NCBI GenBank assembly: GCA_029931975.1
Contig: JAOZQY010000009.1
Coordinates: forward strand, 8,328 to 72,327
Source: Bacteroidales bacterium
GTDB taxonomy: Bacteria; Bacteroidota; Bacteroidia; Bacteroidales; GCA-2748055
Direction: 5' to 3'
DNA length: 64,000 nucleotides
The translations under genes were made by a program, and so were the position numbers. Positions 10,986 through 21,565 of this stretch are shown piece after piece (positions within the stretch are counted from its first letter, which is position 1; each line of letters opens with the position of its first letter). The notes beneath the pieces are model-generated. The model worked only from the letters and a program-made list of their open reading frames with translations, had not been told where the DNA came from and made no database searches.

Positions 10986-12590
10986 ATGAAAGCTTACCGG
11001 TCACGCAGCATTGACATTGCTTCCCTTAAGCTGGGGAGCGATAATCCGGTCAGGATTCAATCCATGACCAATACCGACACCAATGATATCAAGGCATCGG
11101 TCGCTCAATGCATCCGGATGATTGACGCGGGGGCAGAACTGGTTCGGCTCACGACCCAGGGTAAAAGAGAGGTGGAAAGCCTGGGTATCATTCGAAAGGA
11201 ACTTCAAAATGCAGGATACAGGGTCCCGCTTGTGGCTGATATTCATTTCAAACCAGAGCTGGCCCTGGAGGCTGTTTCGTTTACTGATAAGATAAGGATC
11301 AACCCGGGAAATTACCTGAGAGGTAAATCGGCAGAAACGCTTCTTCCTGAATTGCTCCTCAGGTGCAAAGAAAATGGTACCGCCATTCGTATCGGAGTAA
11401 ACCACGGCTCCCTGGACGAAGCAATTGTAAACCAGTATGGAGATACTCCCGAAGGAATGGTAGAATCTGCCATGATCTTTCTCCGTGTTTGTAAAGCGGA
11501 ATCTTTTGATAATGTGCTTGTCTCCATGAAATCGAGCAATACAAGGGTGATGATACAATCGGTACGCATGCTGGTGCTTCGGATGAAACAGGAGGGGATG
11601 GCTTATCCCCTGCACCTGGGGCTCACCGAAGCGGGAGATGGCCAGGAAGGGCGAATCAAATCTGTTGTTGGTATGGCTCCTCTTCTTCTGGAAGGAATGG
11701 GCGATACTATCAGAGTTTCGCTGACTGAGGAGCCGGAAGCGGAATTGCCGGTAGCTTCACAAATTGTACGTCTATTCCCAAAACCCGCACAGCTGCCCTA
11801 TGATCCCCTTGGAAAACTGGCATGGGATCCTTTCAGTTTTTCGCGAAGAAAAGCCGGCTCCGTCAAAGGGCTCGGAAACGGATCCCGGATTAAAATCATC
11901 AGCGCCAATCCACCTGATCCAAAATTCGATCTGAAACCCGAGGATCTCCTGGGATTTACAATCGGGTATGACCCGTGGATGAAAAACTCTCAGGAACAAA
12001 CATCGGGTAAGCTTATATTGCTCCTTGAAAAAGGGGAAAGCAGCATACAGGAACTGAAAGCCCGGCTTAATTTTTTCTGCTCCATCAACAGTTCTGCCCC
12101 TATTCTGTATAAAAGCTCTTCCCGCACCTTAGATCCTTACAGTTACCGCATTCAACTGGCCGGAGAGCTGGGGGCCCTGCTGGTCGACGGAATTCTTGAT
12201 GGCGTGTGGGTGGAAAATCCTCATATGAGTGCCTCCATGATAAACGACACTGTGCTGAATATCCTGCAAGCAGCCCGGGCGCGTATCTCCAGAACTGAAT
12301 ATATTGCCTGTCCCTCTTGCGGACGAACTCATTTCGATATTCTCTCTAGGTTGAAAGAAATTCGGAAAGCTACTTCTCATCTCACTACCCTAAAGATCGG
12401 GGTAATGGGCTGCATTGTCAACGGTCCCGGTGAAATGGCCGATGCTGATTATGGATATGTGGGAGCGAGACCGGGCCGGGTGACCATCTACAAGGGCAAA
12501 GAGCCCGTGCTCCGTAATATTCCCGAAAAGGAAGCGCTGGCAGCTTTCATCAAGCTGGTCAAACAGGAAGGTGACTGGGTCGACCCCTGA
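10986..12590 (+). CDS. ispG: 4-hydroxy-3-methylbut-2-enyl diphosphate synthase (long, insert-containing form)
   Basis: SMTNTDT and GVNHGSL motifs, plus C-terminal Fe-S ligand motifs ACPSCGRT and GCIVNGPGE. Confidence 0.9.
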   Translation: MKAYRSRSIDIASLKLGSDNPVRIQSMTNTDTNDIKASVAQCIRMIDAGAELVRLTTQGKREVESLGIIRKELQNAGYRVPLVADIHFKPELALEAVSFTDKIRINPGNYLRGKSAETLLPELLLRCKENGTAIRIGVNHGSLDEAIVNQYGDTPEGMVESAMIFLRVCKAESFDNVLVSMKSSNTRVMIQSVRMLVLRMKQEGMAYPLHLGLTEAGDGQEGRIKSVVGMAPLLLEGMGDTIRVSLTEEPEAELPVASQIVRLFPKPAQLPYDPLGKLAWDPFSFSRRKAGSVKGLGNGSRIKIISANPPDPKFDLKPEDLLGFTIGYDPWMKNSQEQTSGKLILLLEKGESSIQELKARLNFFCSINSSAPILYKSSSRTLDPYSYRIQLAGELGALLVDGILDGVWVENPHMSASMINDTVLNILQAARARISRTEYIACPSCGRTHFDILSRLKEIRKATSHLTTLKIGVMGCIVNGPGEMADADYGYVGARPGRVTIYKGKEPVLRNIPEKEALAAFIKLVKQEGDWVDP

Positions 12591-12609
12591 ACCTCTACGT
12601 CTTTAATCA

Positions 12610-13644
12610 TCAGGCTTTATCCAGGGAGAAGATGAAGGTGGTTCCATGGTCCACCCTGCTTCTAACGGTGATGGTTTGATTATGAGCCTGAATAGTGTGT
12701 TTCACAATGGAGAGCCCCAGTCCGGTTCCTCCCGATTCGCGTGAGCGGCTCTTATCGACCCGGTAAAACCGCTCAAAGATCCGGGGAAGTTTCTTCTCCT
12801 CGATTCCAATGCCGTTATCACTTATATCTACCAGTACACTGGTTCCCGTATCTGTAAACCCTATGGTGGTTTTTCCTCCCTCTTTTCCGTATTTGACAGA
12901 GTTTCCAATAAGATTATTGAGCACCTCCATGATACGCTTCCTGTCAGCTCTTACCTTGATGGCTCTGTTATAATTCTTGTCAAATCCAATTTTGATATTC
13001 TTCTGGTGGGCAAACATCTCCAGCAATTCAAGGACCTCTTCTGCCAGTTTTATCACATTAAAGGTCTCAAGTTTTAGCTGAAACTCTCCCGACTCCAGGC
13101 GGGCAATGGAGTCAAGATCCTCCACAATATTAATCATTCTGTTGGTGCTTCGTTCGGCTCGTTTTAAGTAAAGAGTGTTGATGCTGGGATCTGCCAAGCC
13201 ACCATCCAGCAGAGTCAGAATATATCCCTGAATATTGAAGATGGGAGTTTTCAACTCATGGCTAACATTTCCCAGGAAATCTTTCCTGTACTTTTCCAGC
13301 TTCCTCAGTTTCCTGATTTCTTCAGACTGGGTATCTGCCCACACCTTCACTTCCCGATCCAGGTCATCGATCACATCTCCTCTATCAATTTTATTCCGGA
13401 TCGACTTTGAGGACATGCTGTAGCTTTGAATGGTCTTGTATAGAGGATCGATTTTGCTTTCCACATAGCGGATGAAAAAGAGGCGGACAATTAAAAAAGT
13501 ACCCACTAAAACCACCGTGCCCAGCACCAGATAATCCAGCAGGGTATGTCGGAAACCGGCAAGCTCATTGATTGTCAGAACCAGCGACACTAAAAAGAAA
13601 ACCACAAGGGAAATAACTAAAGCATAGATTTTTGCGCTTTTCAT
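12610..13644 (-). CDS. sensor histidine kinase with two closely spaced TM helices and no adjacent response regulator
   Basis: H-box SHELKTPI, N-box LNNLIGNSVKY and G-box GGTGLGLSIVK. Confidence 0.85.
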   Translation of the reverse strand: MKSAKIYALVISLVVFFLVSLVLTINELAGFRHTLLDYLVLGTVVLVGTFLIVRLFFIRYVESKIDPLYKTIQSYSMSSKSIRNKIDRGDVIDDLDREVKVWADTQSEEIRKLRKLEKYRKDFLGNVSHELKTPIFNIQGYILTLLDGGLADPSINTLYLKRAERSTNRMINIVEDLDSIARLESGEFQLKLETFNVIKLAEEVLELLEMFAHQKNIKIGFDKNYNRAIKVRADRKRIMEVLNNLIGNSVKYGKEGGKTTIGFTDTGTSVLVDISDNGIGIEEKKLPRIFERFYRVDKSRSRESGGTGLGLSIVKHTIQAHNQTITVRSRVDHGTTFIFSLDKA

Positions 13645-13656
13645 TTTGAGAACTTT

Positions 13657-15078
13657 TTACCATCTTGAAAAGGGGGTTTCCACATGAAAGAAAAATCCAT
13701 GTTCCCCATAACGGTTGATCACATAATCAATTCTAAAAACCTGGTCATAATAGGTTACAAGGTCAATTCCGGCCCCTGCTGAAAACTGCCAGGTATTAAC
13801 CATGGTATTGGTTGGGTCCGGAAAAACGGAATTCACATAACCCGCGTCGGTAAAAACATTAAAATATAGAGCATAATGTATCTTATTGAATTGTTCCATC
13901 CCAATAAAAGGTATGGTATAGGTCTTTGGCTTAACCACCTGAAACTTCAGATTATACATGGAAATCACATAATCAGATCCATCTATCACGTAGGGTTCAT
14001 AGCCACTTAGATACTCATTGTACCCCAATGCCTTATTCAAAAAATGGGGTGTGACCTTTTCAGAAGAGTATCGCCCTTTAGTAGCATTATGAAGATAGAG
14101 CCGGTTAGCCAGCTTCTGGTGAAACATCATAACGCCGGTAAGACGAAAAGTAGAATAATCGAAATGCTCAATTATACCCAGGCCTATCTGCTCCGCTTTT
14201 ATTGTGACATGAAAACCTTCCAGGGGATAAATTTTAGAGTCCCGAATATCGTAATCGAATATATAACTGCACATGAAATAGTTCCGCCTGTCGTCTCCTC
14301 CTCCCAGGTAGTTTGTATTCAATACAGCCACAGAATCTGATACCAGGTAATCATAATACTCAAACCGGAGAGAGTGTTTTGTATAATATTTTCTCCTGTA
14401 GGTATATTTTGTAAAAGCGTTGAATCTGATCTGAGCAGGTCTGTCTTCCGGTTTGTATTCCACCGGCCTGTTTCTCACCGTGGCAATATACACCTCATTC
14501 TGATGATTAATATTGAATCCGGCCGAAATCCCGTGGGTCTGATTTTTCCCCAGGTTTGGCTTTGTGTAGGCCAGGGAGTATTCCTTCACATATCCCTGTC
14601 TGATTTTTCCAGTAAGCAACTCATTTCTACCCCTGAAATTATTCCATTTCAACCAGGCCCCATAGTTAATCTTATCCCAGTCTCTGTTTTTAATAAAGGT
14701 GCTGAAGTTCCTGTCGGCATACTCCAGAATTGGAACCGGCCAGATATACCACCTTTCGGTAAGGCTTATAATAAAATCTATCTGGTTGTTTTCCAAGTGT
14801 TTAACACCAATGTAGACGAAGTTGAAAAGGGCGAGATTCAGCAGATTTTCTTTGCTTCGCTGCAAAGCAGGTAGCAGCTCCATCTTTAATACGGTGTCAC
14901 CTTTAGAAAGTACCAGCTCTCTCAGAATGACATCCTTATGGGTAACATCGTTCCCGCTGATAAGGATATCGTGAACAAGCAATTTGTCATCAGCCAGGCC
15001 TAAAGTTTCCTGCGCCAGGAACTCTGTTGCATGGCCCAGCAGAAAACAAACCAATAACATTTTAATTGCCTTTGCCAT
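13657..15078 (-). CDS. Omp85/BamA-family outer-membrane protein (single POTRA plus beta-barrel)
   Basis: Signal peptide, POTRA-like ILISGNDVTHKDVILRELVLSKGDTV, a Tyr/Gly-rich beta-barrel region and a C-terminal aromatic residue (FSRW). Confidence 0.7.
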   Translation of the reverse strand: MAKAIKMLLVCFLLGHATEFLAQETLGLADDKLLVHDILISGNDVTHKDVILRELVLSKGDTVLKMELLPALQRSKENLLNLALFNFVYIGVKHLENNQIDFIISLTERWYIWPVPILEYADRNFSTFIKNRDWDKINYGAWLKWNNFRGRNELLTGKIRQGYVKEYSLAYTKPNLGKNQTHGISAGFNINHQNEVYIATVRNRPVEYKPEDRPAQIRFNAFTKYTYRRKYYTKHSLRFEYYDYLVSDSVAVLNTNYLGGGDDRRNYFMCSYIFDYDIRDSKIYPLEGFHVTIKAEQIGLGIIEHFDYSTFRLTGVMMFHQKLANRLYLHNATKGRYSSEKVTPHFLNKALGYNEYLSGYEPYVIDGSDYVISMYNLKFQVVKPKTYTIPFIGMEQFNKIHYALYFNVFTDAGYVNSVFPDPTNTMVNTWQFSAGAGIDLVTYYDQVFRIDYVINRYGEHGFFFHVETPFSRW

Positions 15079-15243
15079 TTGCAACACGCTCAGGGCTGCA
15101 AGGTAGTAAAATATTTAAACGTTTTTTGCAGACAAAAGGCCCCTTATGAGGGTGATCAGCAGCATATCCGGGAATATCCATGAGACCCTGGTGCGTTCCG
15201 ATTCCATGATCTTGAAATTCGATTTGGATTCTATGAATGAAAT

Positions 15244-15918
15244 TTACTCAACAGAATTAATAAGCAGCGATGCCAGTTGCATATCAACGGGTGTGGTAAT
15301 CTTTATGTTTTCCCCGTTGCCCTCCACCAGGGTAAGCTGTCCGAACACCGACTCATAAACCGATCCATCATCAGTAAATGCAGGATCATAAACCTGCTGA
15401 TAGGCCTGTTTTATCAGTTCAGATCTGAATACCTGTGGGGTCTGCACCCGTCTCAGTAAAGACCGATCCATGGGCGTCGATCTTCCCGGAGACTCAATCA
15501 TTCTAACTGATTCACTCATTTTTAACACCGGAATTGCGCTACCCTCACGAAAGGCAACATCATAGGTGCGCTTCAGGGTGGCCTGACTGACCAGGGGCCT
15601 TACAGCATCATGAATACCGGTAATAAACCCCTTCTCCAGGTAAGCCAGCCCGCTTTTTACAGAATCGAAGCGATTGGCTCCACCGTCTGCCAGCATTACA
15701 CCTTCTGCCACCTGATAAGAACGGGTCGCCTGCTCCCATAAATATCTCTGGTTCGGGGCCAGAACCACCACAAGCTTCATCTCCGGATCAAAGAGAAAAA
15801 ATCTCTCCAGGGTATGGACAATTATGGGTTTGCCCGCCAGGTCGAGAAACTGTTTGGGGATCTCTCCTCCCATTCTGCTGCCCGATCCAGCAGCTACAAT
15901 AATCACCGCCCTTTTCAT
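15244..15918 (-). CDS. ispD: 2-C-methyl-D-erythritol 4-phosphate cytidylyltransferase
   Basis: IIVAAGSGSRMGGEIPKQFL and a conserved length of 224 aa. The start overlaps the upstream kinase stop by 4 nt. Confidence 0.9.
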   Translation of the reverse strand: MKRAVIIVAAGSGSRMGGEIPKQFLDLAGKPIIVHTLERFFLFDPEMKLVVVLAPNQRYLWEQATRSYQVAEGVMLADGGANRFDSVKSGLAYLEKGFITGIHDAVRPLVSQATLKRTYDVAFREGSAIPVLKMSESVRMIESPGRSTPMDRSLLRRVQTPQVFRSELIKQAYQQVYDPAFTDDGSVYESVFGQLTLVEGNGENIKITTPVDMQLASLLINSVE

Positions 15919-17780
15919 CTGAAATAACTATCAATCAGCTCCATAATGGTGGTCCGATCGAGTGGTTTAGTAACAAAGTGATTGCAACCTGCAAGGAGGC
16001 TTTCCTCTTTTTCTGCGGTCATCACATTGGCTGTTTGTGCAATAATGGGAATTGTATCATTGAACTCCCTGATTTTCCGGGCCGCTTCAATGCCATTCAT
16101 TTCGGGCATTTTAATATCCATTAAAATGGCATCCGGAGAAAGTTCTCGAGTCAGGACCACAACCTCCCGGCCATCACGAGCACGGTGAATCGTTGCCCCG
16201 GTTTGTCTCAACATCTCATGAACAAAAAACCAGTTTAATTCCTCGTCTTCGGCCACCAGTATCTTTTTATTACTCCAATTATAAGTCTTATTGGATATGA
16301 GAATTCTTTTCTCCTGAACCGGCTGCTCAAGCACAAGGGGAAGGGTAAAAAAGAAGATAGTGCCTTTACCAAGATCCGACTCCACCCACATCTCGCCACC
16401 CATCAAATTTACCAGGCTCTTGGAGATGGGTAATCCAAGCCCGGTTCCTGAAACTTGAAGCGTTTGCTTCTGATCCACCTGGCCGAACCTGTCAAAAATC
16501 ATCCTGATCTTGTTATTGGGGATGCCGATTCCGGTGTCGCGCACAAAAAACTTCACATACCTCTGGTTTTCCAGGGTATAACCGAAAGAAATCTGGCCCT
16601 CCTCGGTAAACTTAAGAGCGTTTACAATGAGATTATTAAGAATCTGGCTCAGCCTGAAATCATCGCATACAATGGTGAAATCATTGGAATCATTCCCCTT
16701 CTCCAACTTAAAATCAACACGCTTTTCTCCGGGCGCATTACCCCGGATACGATGAAAAAACTGCGAATAAATCTCCTCAAGGATTTCATTGATACGTACC
16801 GGCTTGTTGGAAATTTTTAGCTGTCCCGATTCAATCTTGGAAATATCAATGATATCATCGATGATATTTAACAACTGCTTGGAAGAACGATCGATATGCT
16901 TCAGATACAGGTCTTTTTCCTCCTCATTCAATCCGGCATCTCTCAACAGATTAGCAAAACCAATAATACCATTCATGGGGGTCCTGATTTCATGCGACAT
17001 ATTGGCAAGAAAGGAGGTCTTCAAGCGGTCTGATTCTTCAGCCCTGTCCCGCGCTTCTTTCAATTCATTTTCAATTCTCATGAGATCAGAAACATCCTTG
17101 AAGATCCCCATAATCATAGTGATCACTCCTCGCTCATCACGGATGGGAATCTTATTCTTCTCCATCCAGAAACCTTCCACTCCATCATCTTCAAAATATA
17201 GGATCTTATTTACAAGGGGCTCGCCTGTTTCGAGAATGGCCCGGTCCTCCTCCTTCATTTTTCGGGCCACCCGCTTGGTAAAGAACATCTTATTGGTCTT
17301 GCCAATTGCCTGCTCGGGACCCGAAACACGAAGCAGTTTTGCCATCATCCGGTTAACCCGGGTATAACGATAGTGCCTGTCTGTAAAAAAAATGCAAAAA
17401 GGCATGCTCTCAAGGAGCACTTCCAGGGTTTCTCTGTCCCTGTGAAGCATTTGCAGAGACGCTGTTAAGCTGGTGATGTCTTCCTGGTAACCTCCTGTTC
17501 CGGTAATCGTTCCCTCCTCATTCTTTACCGGGAACTGAACGGTCTTAATAATTCTCTTACCCCGGGAATAAGTGTATTCTCTTATCTTCCCGCTTGCAAA
17601 AACATCCTGCTCACCTTCTTCGTTTTGCCTGGCATCGTCAGCCTCAAAGACCTCCTGGTTCCCTTTTCCTATTACTTGCTCTGGTTTTTTGTCCAGAGTG
17701 CTCAATAACAAAGTATTGACATGGCTGAAAATTCCATTCTCATCCTTAAACCAGCTGGCGAATGGCAGGGATTCCATCAA
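15915..17780 (-). CDS. hybrid sensor histidine kinase/response regulator with PAS domains
   Basis: Two PAS-like regions, H-box SHEIRTPMNGI, G-box GTGLGLPISK and a C-terminal receiver (ILMDIKMPEMNG). Confidence 0.9.
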   Translation of the reverse strand: MMESLPFASWFKDENGIFSHVNTLLLSTLDKKPEQVIGKGNQEVFEADDARQNEEGEQDVFASGKIREYTYSRGKRIIKTVQFPVKNEEGTITGTGGYQEDITSLTASLQMLHRDRETLEVLLESMPFCIFFTDRHYRYTRVNRMMAKLLRVSGPEQAIGKTNKMFFTKRVARKMKEEDRAILETGEPLVNKILYFEDDGVEGFWMEKNKIPIRDERGVITMIMGIFKDVSDLMRIENELKEARDRAEESDRLKTSFLANMSHEIRTPMNGIIGFANLLRDAGLNEEEKDLYLKHIDRSSKQLLNIIDDIIDISKIESGQLKISNKPVRINEILEEIYSQFFHRIRGNAPGEKRVDFKLEKGNDSNDFTIVCDDFRLSQILNNLIVNALKFTEEGQISFGYTLENQRYVKFFVRDTGIGIPNNKIRMIFDRFGQVDQKQTLQVSGTGLGLPISKSLVNLMGGEMWVESDLGKGTIFFFTLPLVLEQPVQEKRILISNKTYNWSNKKILVAEDEELNWFFVHEMLRQTGATIHRARDGREVVVLTRELSPDAILMDIKMPEMNGIEAARKIREFNDTIPIIAQTANVMTAEKEESLLAGCNHFVTKPLDRTTIMELIDSYFR

Positions 17781-17837
17781 AGCCTTTAGCTGCGATTCCG
17801 TGCTTTTATCCGTATGTGCTCTCTTTTTTGCTATTAT

Positions 17838-18689
17838 CTATCCTCCAAATGTGCTGAATCCAGCGGGAATCTGTTTCTCTTTTGGTGTAATGCTAAGCAA
17901 GGGTGCGGTGGCGCTCTTTACCATTTGTTGAGCATAACTGCCCAGGAAAACGTTCCATTTATCAATGGCGCCCGACATGATGGTAATCAGATCTGCATCC
18001 ACTGCTTCTGCATAGTTATTTGTAAGACTCGGCAGACTCTCTCCCACCAGTGTTTTAGAAACCGTTTTCAATTTCCTTGCATTAAAATAATTGAGAACCT
18101 GCTTCGAATAGGATTCCAGCCTTGCCAGATCCCGCTTGTTTCTACGGGTTGAAATGGAAACCACATGCAGCTCCGCTCCAAACAATTCGGCCAGATCAGC
18201 TGCCACGAGAGCTTTTTGTCTTGTGTCGAGATGCAACTTTATGGGCACTACAATTTTCTTAACCTCCTCCGGCATGCCGGTTCGAATAGTAAAAACAGGC
18301 AGTTCGGTGGCCGCCATGATCTTTAAGGCATTGCTTCCGATAAACAGCTCTTCAAAACCTGAAGCTCCGTGTGTGGAAGCAGAAACTACTGCATTTTTAT
18401 AAGAGTTCACCTGGTTCACAACTTCTCTGTATATTTTTCCCTTTTTGATAATATACCTGAGTTTGGATTGTTTTCCCAGTCGCCTCCCATAATCCACCAC
18501 CAGTTTTTTAAACTTTTCATCTGCATATCTATGTTCCTCTTCCACTACACTGGGCTGGAAGTTAGAACTATTTGATAATACATAAACCATCTGAATATTA
18601 ATGGTTTTTTTTTGTGAAAACAGAATCGCCCATTCAAGCCCTTTCAGCGACTCAACAGAAAAATCGATTGGTACTATGAAATTGGTCAT
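17838..18689 (-). CDS. universal stress protein (tandem Usp domains)
   Basis: Two Usp-like halves (IVPIDFS...GASGFEELFIGSNA and IVVPIKL...). Start placed at ATG 18689 (MTNFIVPIDFS). An earlier ATG at 18725 is possible. Confidence 0.65.
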   Translation of the reverse strand: MTNFIVPIDFSVESLKGLEWAILFSQKKTINIQMVYVLSNSSNFQPSVVEEEHRYADEKFKKLVVDYGRRLGKQSKLRYIIKKGKIYREVVNQVNSYKNAVVSASTHGASGFEELFIGSNALKIMAATELPVFTIRTGMPEEVKKIVVPIKLHLDTRQKALVAADLAELFGAELHVVSISTRRNKRDLARLESYSKQVLNYFNARKLKTVSKTLVGESLPSLTNNYAEAVDADLITIMSGAIDKWNVFLGSYAQQMVKSATAPLLSITPKEKQIPAGFSTFGG

Positions 18690-18741
18690 GACTTGTGATT
18701 TAGATATGTTGGCTAATTTAACCAAATCAGATGAGATTTAT

Positions 18742-18749
18742 TACTTTTG
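18742..18749 (+). promoter_or_regulatory. -7 box TACTTTTG upstream of the ROK kinase gene
   Basis: Matches TAnnTTTG, 29 nt before ATG 18778. Confidence 0.4.
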
Positions 18750-18777
18750 TCAGGTATTAATCAATACACCAAATCTG

Positions 18778-19755
18778 ATGGCTCTGGAAGTTGTACTTGG
18801 AATAGATATAGGAGGAACGTATACGAAAATCGGACTGGTTGACCATTCCGGATCTATCCATTTCGAGGCTGAAATCAGTACCCGGGGATACGATACTGTT
18901 GAAGAATTTATCCATGCCCTTCATGCACATGTTATGCAGAGTATCGAACAGATCGAAACCTCCTTCCTCTTGTTGGGTATCGGTGTCGGCGCCCCTAACG
19001 GTAATTACTATGAAGGGACCATTGAGAACGCTCCAAACCTGGCCTGGAAAGGAAAAATAGAATTTGTTAAGCTGATGGAAAATCAGTTTCACCTTCCCAT
19101 CCTGGTCACCAATGATGCCAATGCGGCGGCCCTGGGTGAAATGCTTTTTGGGGGTGCCGGAGATTTGAAAAATTTTGTGATGATCACCCTGGGAACCGGT
19201 CTTGGGAGCGGCCTGGTTGTCAACGGCGATCTTATTTATGGAAATGATGGTTTTGCCGGGGAGCTTGGACATGTACTGGTATATGACCATGGCCGTCAGT
19301 GTGGTTGCGGTAAAAGGGGTTGTCTTGAAGCCTACGTTTCAGCCACAGGAATCAAACGAACCGTTTTTGAATTACTGGCGGAGGAGAATATCGAAAGTGA
19401 CTTTCGAAAAATACCCTTCTCAAAACTTAAACCCAAAATGATTTCTGCTCTGGCCGAAGCTGGAGATCCTATTGCTATTAAAGCCTTTGAAAAAACGGGT
19501 TATCTGCTGGGGCGCGCCCTGGCCGATACGGTGGCTCATATCAGTCCGGCTCGTATTTTTCTGTTCGGGGGACTGGCCAAGGCGGGGAAATGGATTATTG
19601 ATCCTGCCAAACGTAGTATGGAAGAGCACCTGTTGCCCATCTATCGTGACAAAATTGATATTGTTCCCTCTGCTCTTTTGAAAAAGAATATTGCCGTCCT
19701 CGGAGCAGCTGCACTGATCTGGAAACGTCTGGATAAAAAAACCGGGAATTATTGA
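18778..19755 (+). CDS. ROK-family sugar kinase (glucokinase-like)
   Basis: GIDIGGTYTK ATP-binding motif and ROK Zn motif GHVLV...CGCGKRGCLEAY. Start at ATG 18778, 29 nt after a TACTTTTG box. Confidence 0.85.
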   Translation: MALEVVLGIDIGGTYTKIGLVDHSGSIHFEAEISTRGYDTVEEFIHALHAHVMQSIEQIETSFLLLGIGVGAPNGNYYEGTIENAPNLAWKGKIEFVKLMENQFHLPILVTNDANAAALGEMLFGGAGDLKNFVMITLGTGLGSGLVVNGDLIYGNDGFAGELGHVLVYDHGRQCGCGKRGCLEAYVSATGIKRTVFELLAEENIESDFRKIPFSKLKPKMISALAEAGDPIAIKAFEKTGYLLGRALADTVAHISPARIFLFGGLAKAGKWIIDPAKRSMEEHLLPIYRDKIDIVPSALLKKNIAVLGAAALIWKRLDKKTGNY

Positions 19756-19756
19756 A

Positions 19757-21547
19757 CTATTTTTCCAGTTTCATGGTAACATCATGATCCCAATTGGATC
19801 GAACCTCTATTTTCACCGGGAGCAATTCAACCGGTTCGGGTTGTAATTTTTCCATGTAATTACCCGTATCCCACCTGCCATTTCCGTTGAGATCATGAAT
19901 AAACTTAAAAGAATACTCTTTAGGCGCCAGGAAGGGAAATGCATACTGGCCATCTTCCACAATAGTTCTTTCTCTCAGCATTTTATCACCACTGAAAAGC
20001 TGAACCACCACCCGGTTTTTTACGTTTTCAAGTGAGAGTAGAATCTGTCCGTAATATTCCAGGTCGCGGGTGGTAAATTTTACATCAATTGTATCGTGTT
20101 CCAGTGGGTAAATGCTGCTTATGGCTCCGGGAAGTGCCACCAATCGGTAACTGGCCGCAGACTTCCATGAAGCGCTTAGTCGGGCCCTTCCGAAGACCGT
20201 GCTATCGATTTTCACTACAAAGGGAACCGATATCTCCAGCGAATCGGGAATATGATACAGGGATATGAGTGTATCCTGGATCCTGTCCACCGGAAAATCA
20301 ATGACCAGGGGAAGTGACTGATTCAGTTCCTGGTTCGCATTATTCCTGATTGTATGAATTGCCAGTTTCTCTTCCTTTTTTTCTTCGGCCTGTCCCTTTT
20401 TGTTCCTGCTGCTTTTCTCCTTGTATGAAAACAACAGGGTATCCATTCGGAGCACGTATTGCTCGGAAGTATCCTTTACTGTATAGCTCGCTGCCACAAA
20501 AAGACTGTCTTTCAGATAATGGAGCGAATCCTTCACCCAAAGCGTCAGGCTATCCCTGGTTGATGAAAAATGATCCAGTACAGTTGGGTCCGATTCATTT
20601 TTCTCCTGCAGGAAATGATATGAAAATGTATCGGTAAGGGACCGGGCAAAAGTAAGTTGCAATTTTCGTCGATCCTCCCTTGCATAATCTGTCAAATACT
20701 GTATTTCCGACTCCTCGGTAAAAAGCAGCAGATCTATATAAATGGCGTTGAGATCAGGACCCTTTTCGACAACGGAGTCAGCGGGCATGCCAGTGGAATC
20801 AACCAAAATGCTGTCAGGTACAACAACAGGAACAATGGTGTCTCCCAGCAAGCGCCGGGCAAAAGCAGCATTGACGATCAGACTGGAGTCAAGAAAGGCG
20901 ATCTCTTCCGTGGGAAGATCAAACAGAAAGTTGTTATTCGCATCTTTTAGAGCAAATACCTTATATATATCGGGGCGCAGATTGTTCACGCAGAAAACAC
21001 CGCTGTCGTTGGATCTCCCAATATAGAGGGGTATATCGGTCAGAGGTACCGAGTCTCTCAGGTCAGAGTAAAGCATGATGGAAAGAGGCTCATCGGGGGG
21101 TTCCAGATTTTCCGCATATTTCAGGATTCCCCTTACTGAAAGGGAATCGAGCACATCTCCGGTTGAAAAGACATATTCATAATTCTGAAGCTTATTTCCT
21201 TCATGAAGATCTTTAATAGCGTCTCCAAAATTAAATGTATAGGTAGTGTTTGTCTTTAAGGTCTCCTCAAACTCAATAATCAGGGTCTTTTTCTTCAGTT
21301 TGACTTCCGGTTTCTCTTCCATGGGGGGAGAGACTATCAATTGCTGGTTTACATTGTCAAGGACAATGTATTCATCAAAGGTGATGTAAATCTTTTTCGC
21401 CTCAAATCGAGTGGAGTAGTTGGGGGGATTGGTCTCAATGGGCACGGGAGGATCCAGATCGCGCGGACCGCCTGAAGGGGATCCCTGCTGGGCGCAGCTC
21501 CAGCAAAATAGAATTACAGCGAAAAACCAGGTATATTTAAAAAACAC
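19757..21547 (-). CDS. conserved lipoprotein of unknown function (Ig-like N-terminal domain)
   Basis: Lipoprotein signal FAVILFCWSCAQQGSPSGGPRD. 596-aa beta-rich protein with no catalytic motif recognised. Confidence 0.5.
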   Translation of the reverse strand: MFFKYTWFFAVILFCWSCAQQGSPSGGPRDLDPPVPIETNPPNYSTRFEAKKIYITFDEYIVLDNVNQQLIVSPPMEEKPEVKLKKKTLIIEFEETLKTNTTYTFNFGDAIKDLHEGNKLQNYEYVFSTGDVLDSLSVRGILKYAENLEPPDEPLSIMLYSDLRDSVPLTDIPLYIGRSNDSGVFCVNNLRPDIYKVFALKDANNNFLFDLPTEEIAFLDSSLIVNAAFARRLLGDTIVPVVVPDSILVDSTGMPADSVVEKGPDLNAIYIDLLLFTEESEIQYLTDYAREDRRKLQLTFARSLTDTFSYHFLQEKNESDPTVLDHFSSTRDSLTLWVKDSLHYLKDSLFVAASYTVKDTSEQYVLRMDTLLFSYKEKSSRNKKGQAEEKKEEKLAIHTIRNNANQELNQSLPLVIDFPVDRIQDTLISLYHIPDSLEISVPFVVKIDSTVFGRARLSASWKSAASYRLVALPGAISSIYPLEHDTIDVKFTTRDLEYYGQILLSLENVKNRVVVQLFSGDKMLRERTIVEDGQYAFPFLAPKEYSFKFIHDLNGNGRWDTGNYMEKLQPEPVELLPVKIEVRSNWDHDVTMKLEK

Positions 21548-21565
21548 GGCTCAATCAGTTTAGTG

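Noticed and set aside
11001-11615. Long antisense or overlapping ORFs inside confirmed genes. Examples are 11001-11615 in ispG, 16789-17367 in the hybrid kinase, 23472-24032 in czcD, 31864-32481 in the 1387-aa gene and 55126-55632 in the polyprenyl synthase gene.
   Set aside because: Each is fully nested in a gene that has strong family motifs. The translations are low-complexity or compositionally odd, and none has its own promoter box or recognisable domain.
15115-15207. A 30-aa minus-strand ORF (MESERTRVSWIFPDMLLITLIRGLLSAKNV) in the 165-bp ispD/Omp85 spacer.
   Set aside because: It is too short, has no promoter box or recognisable motif, and nothing in the window supports conservation.
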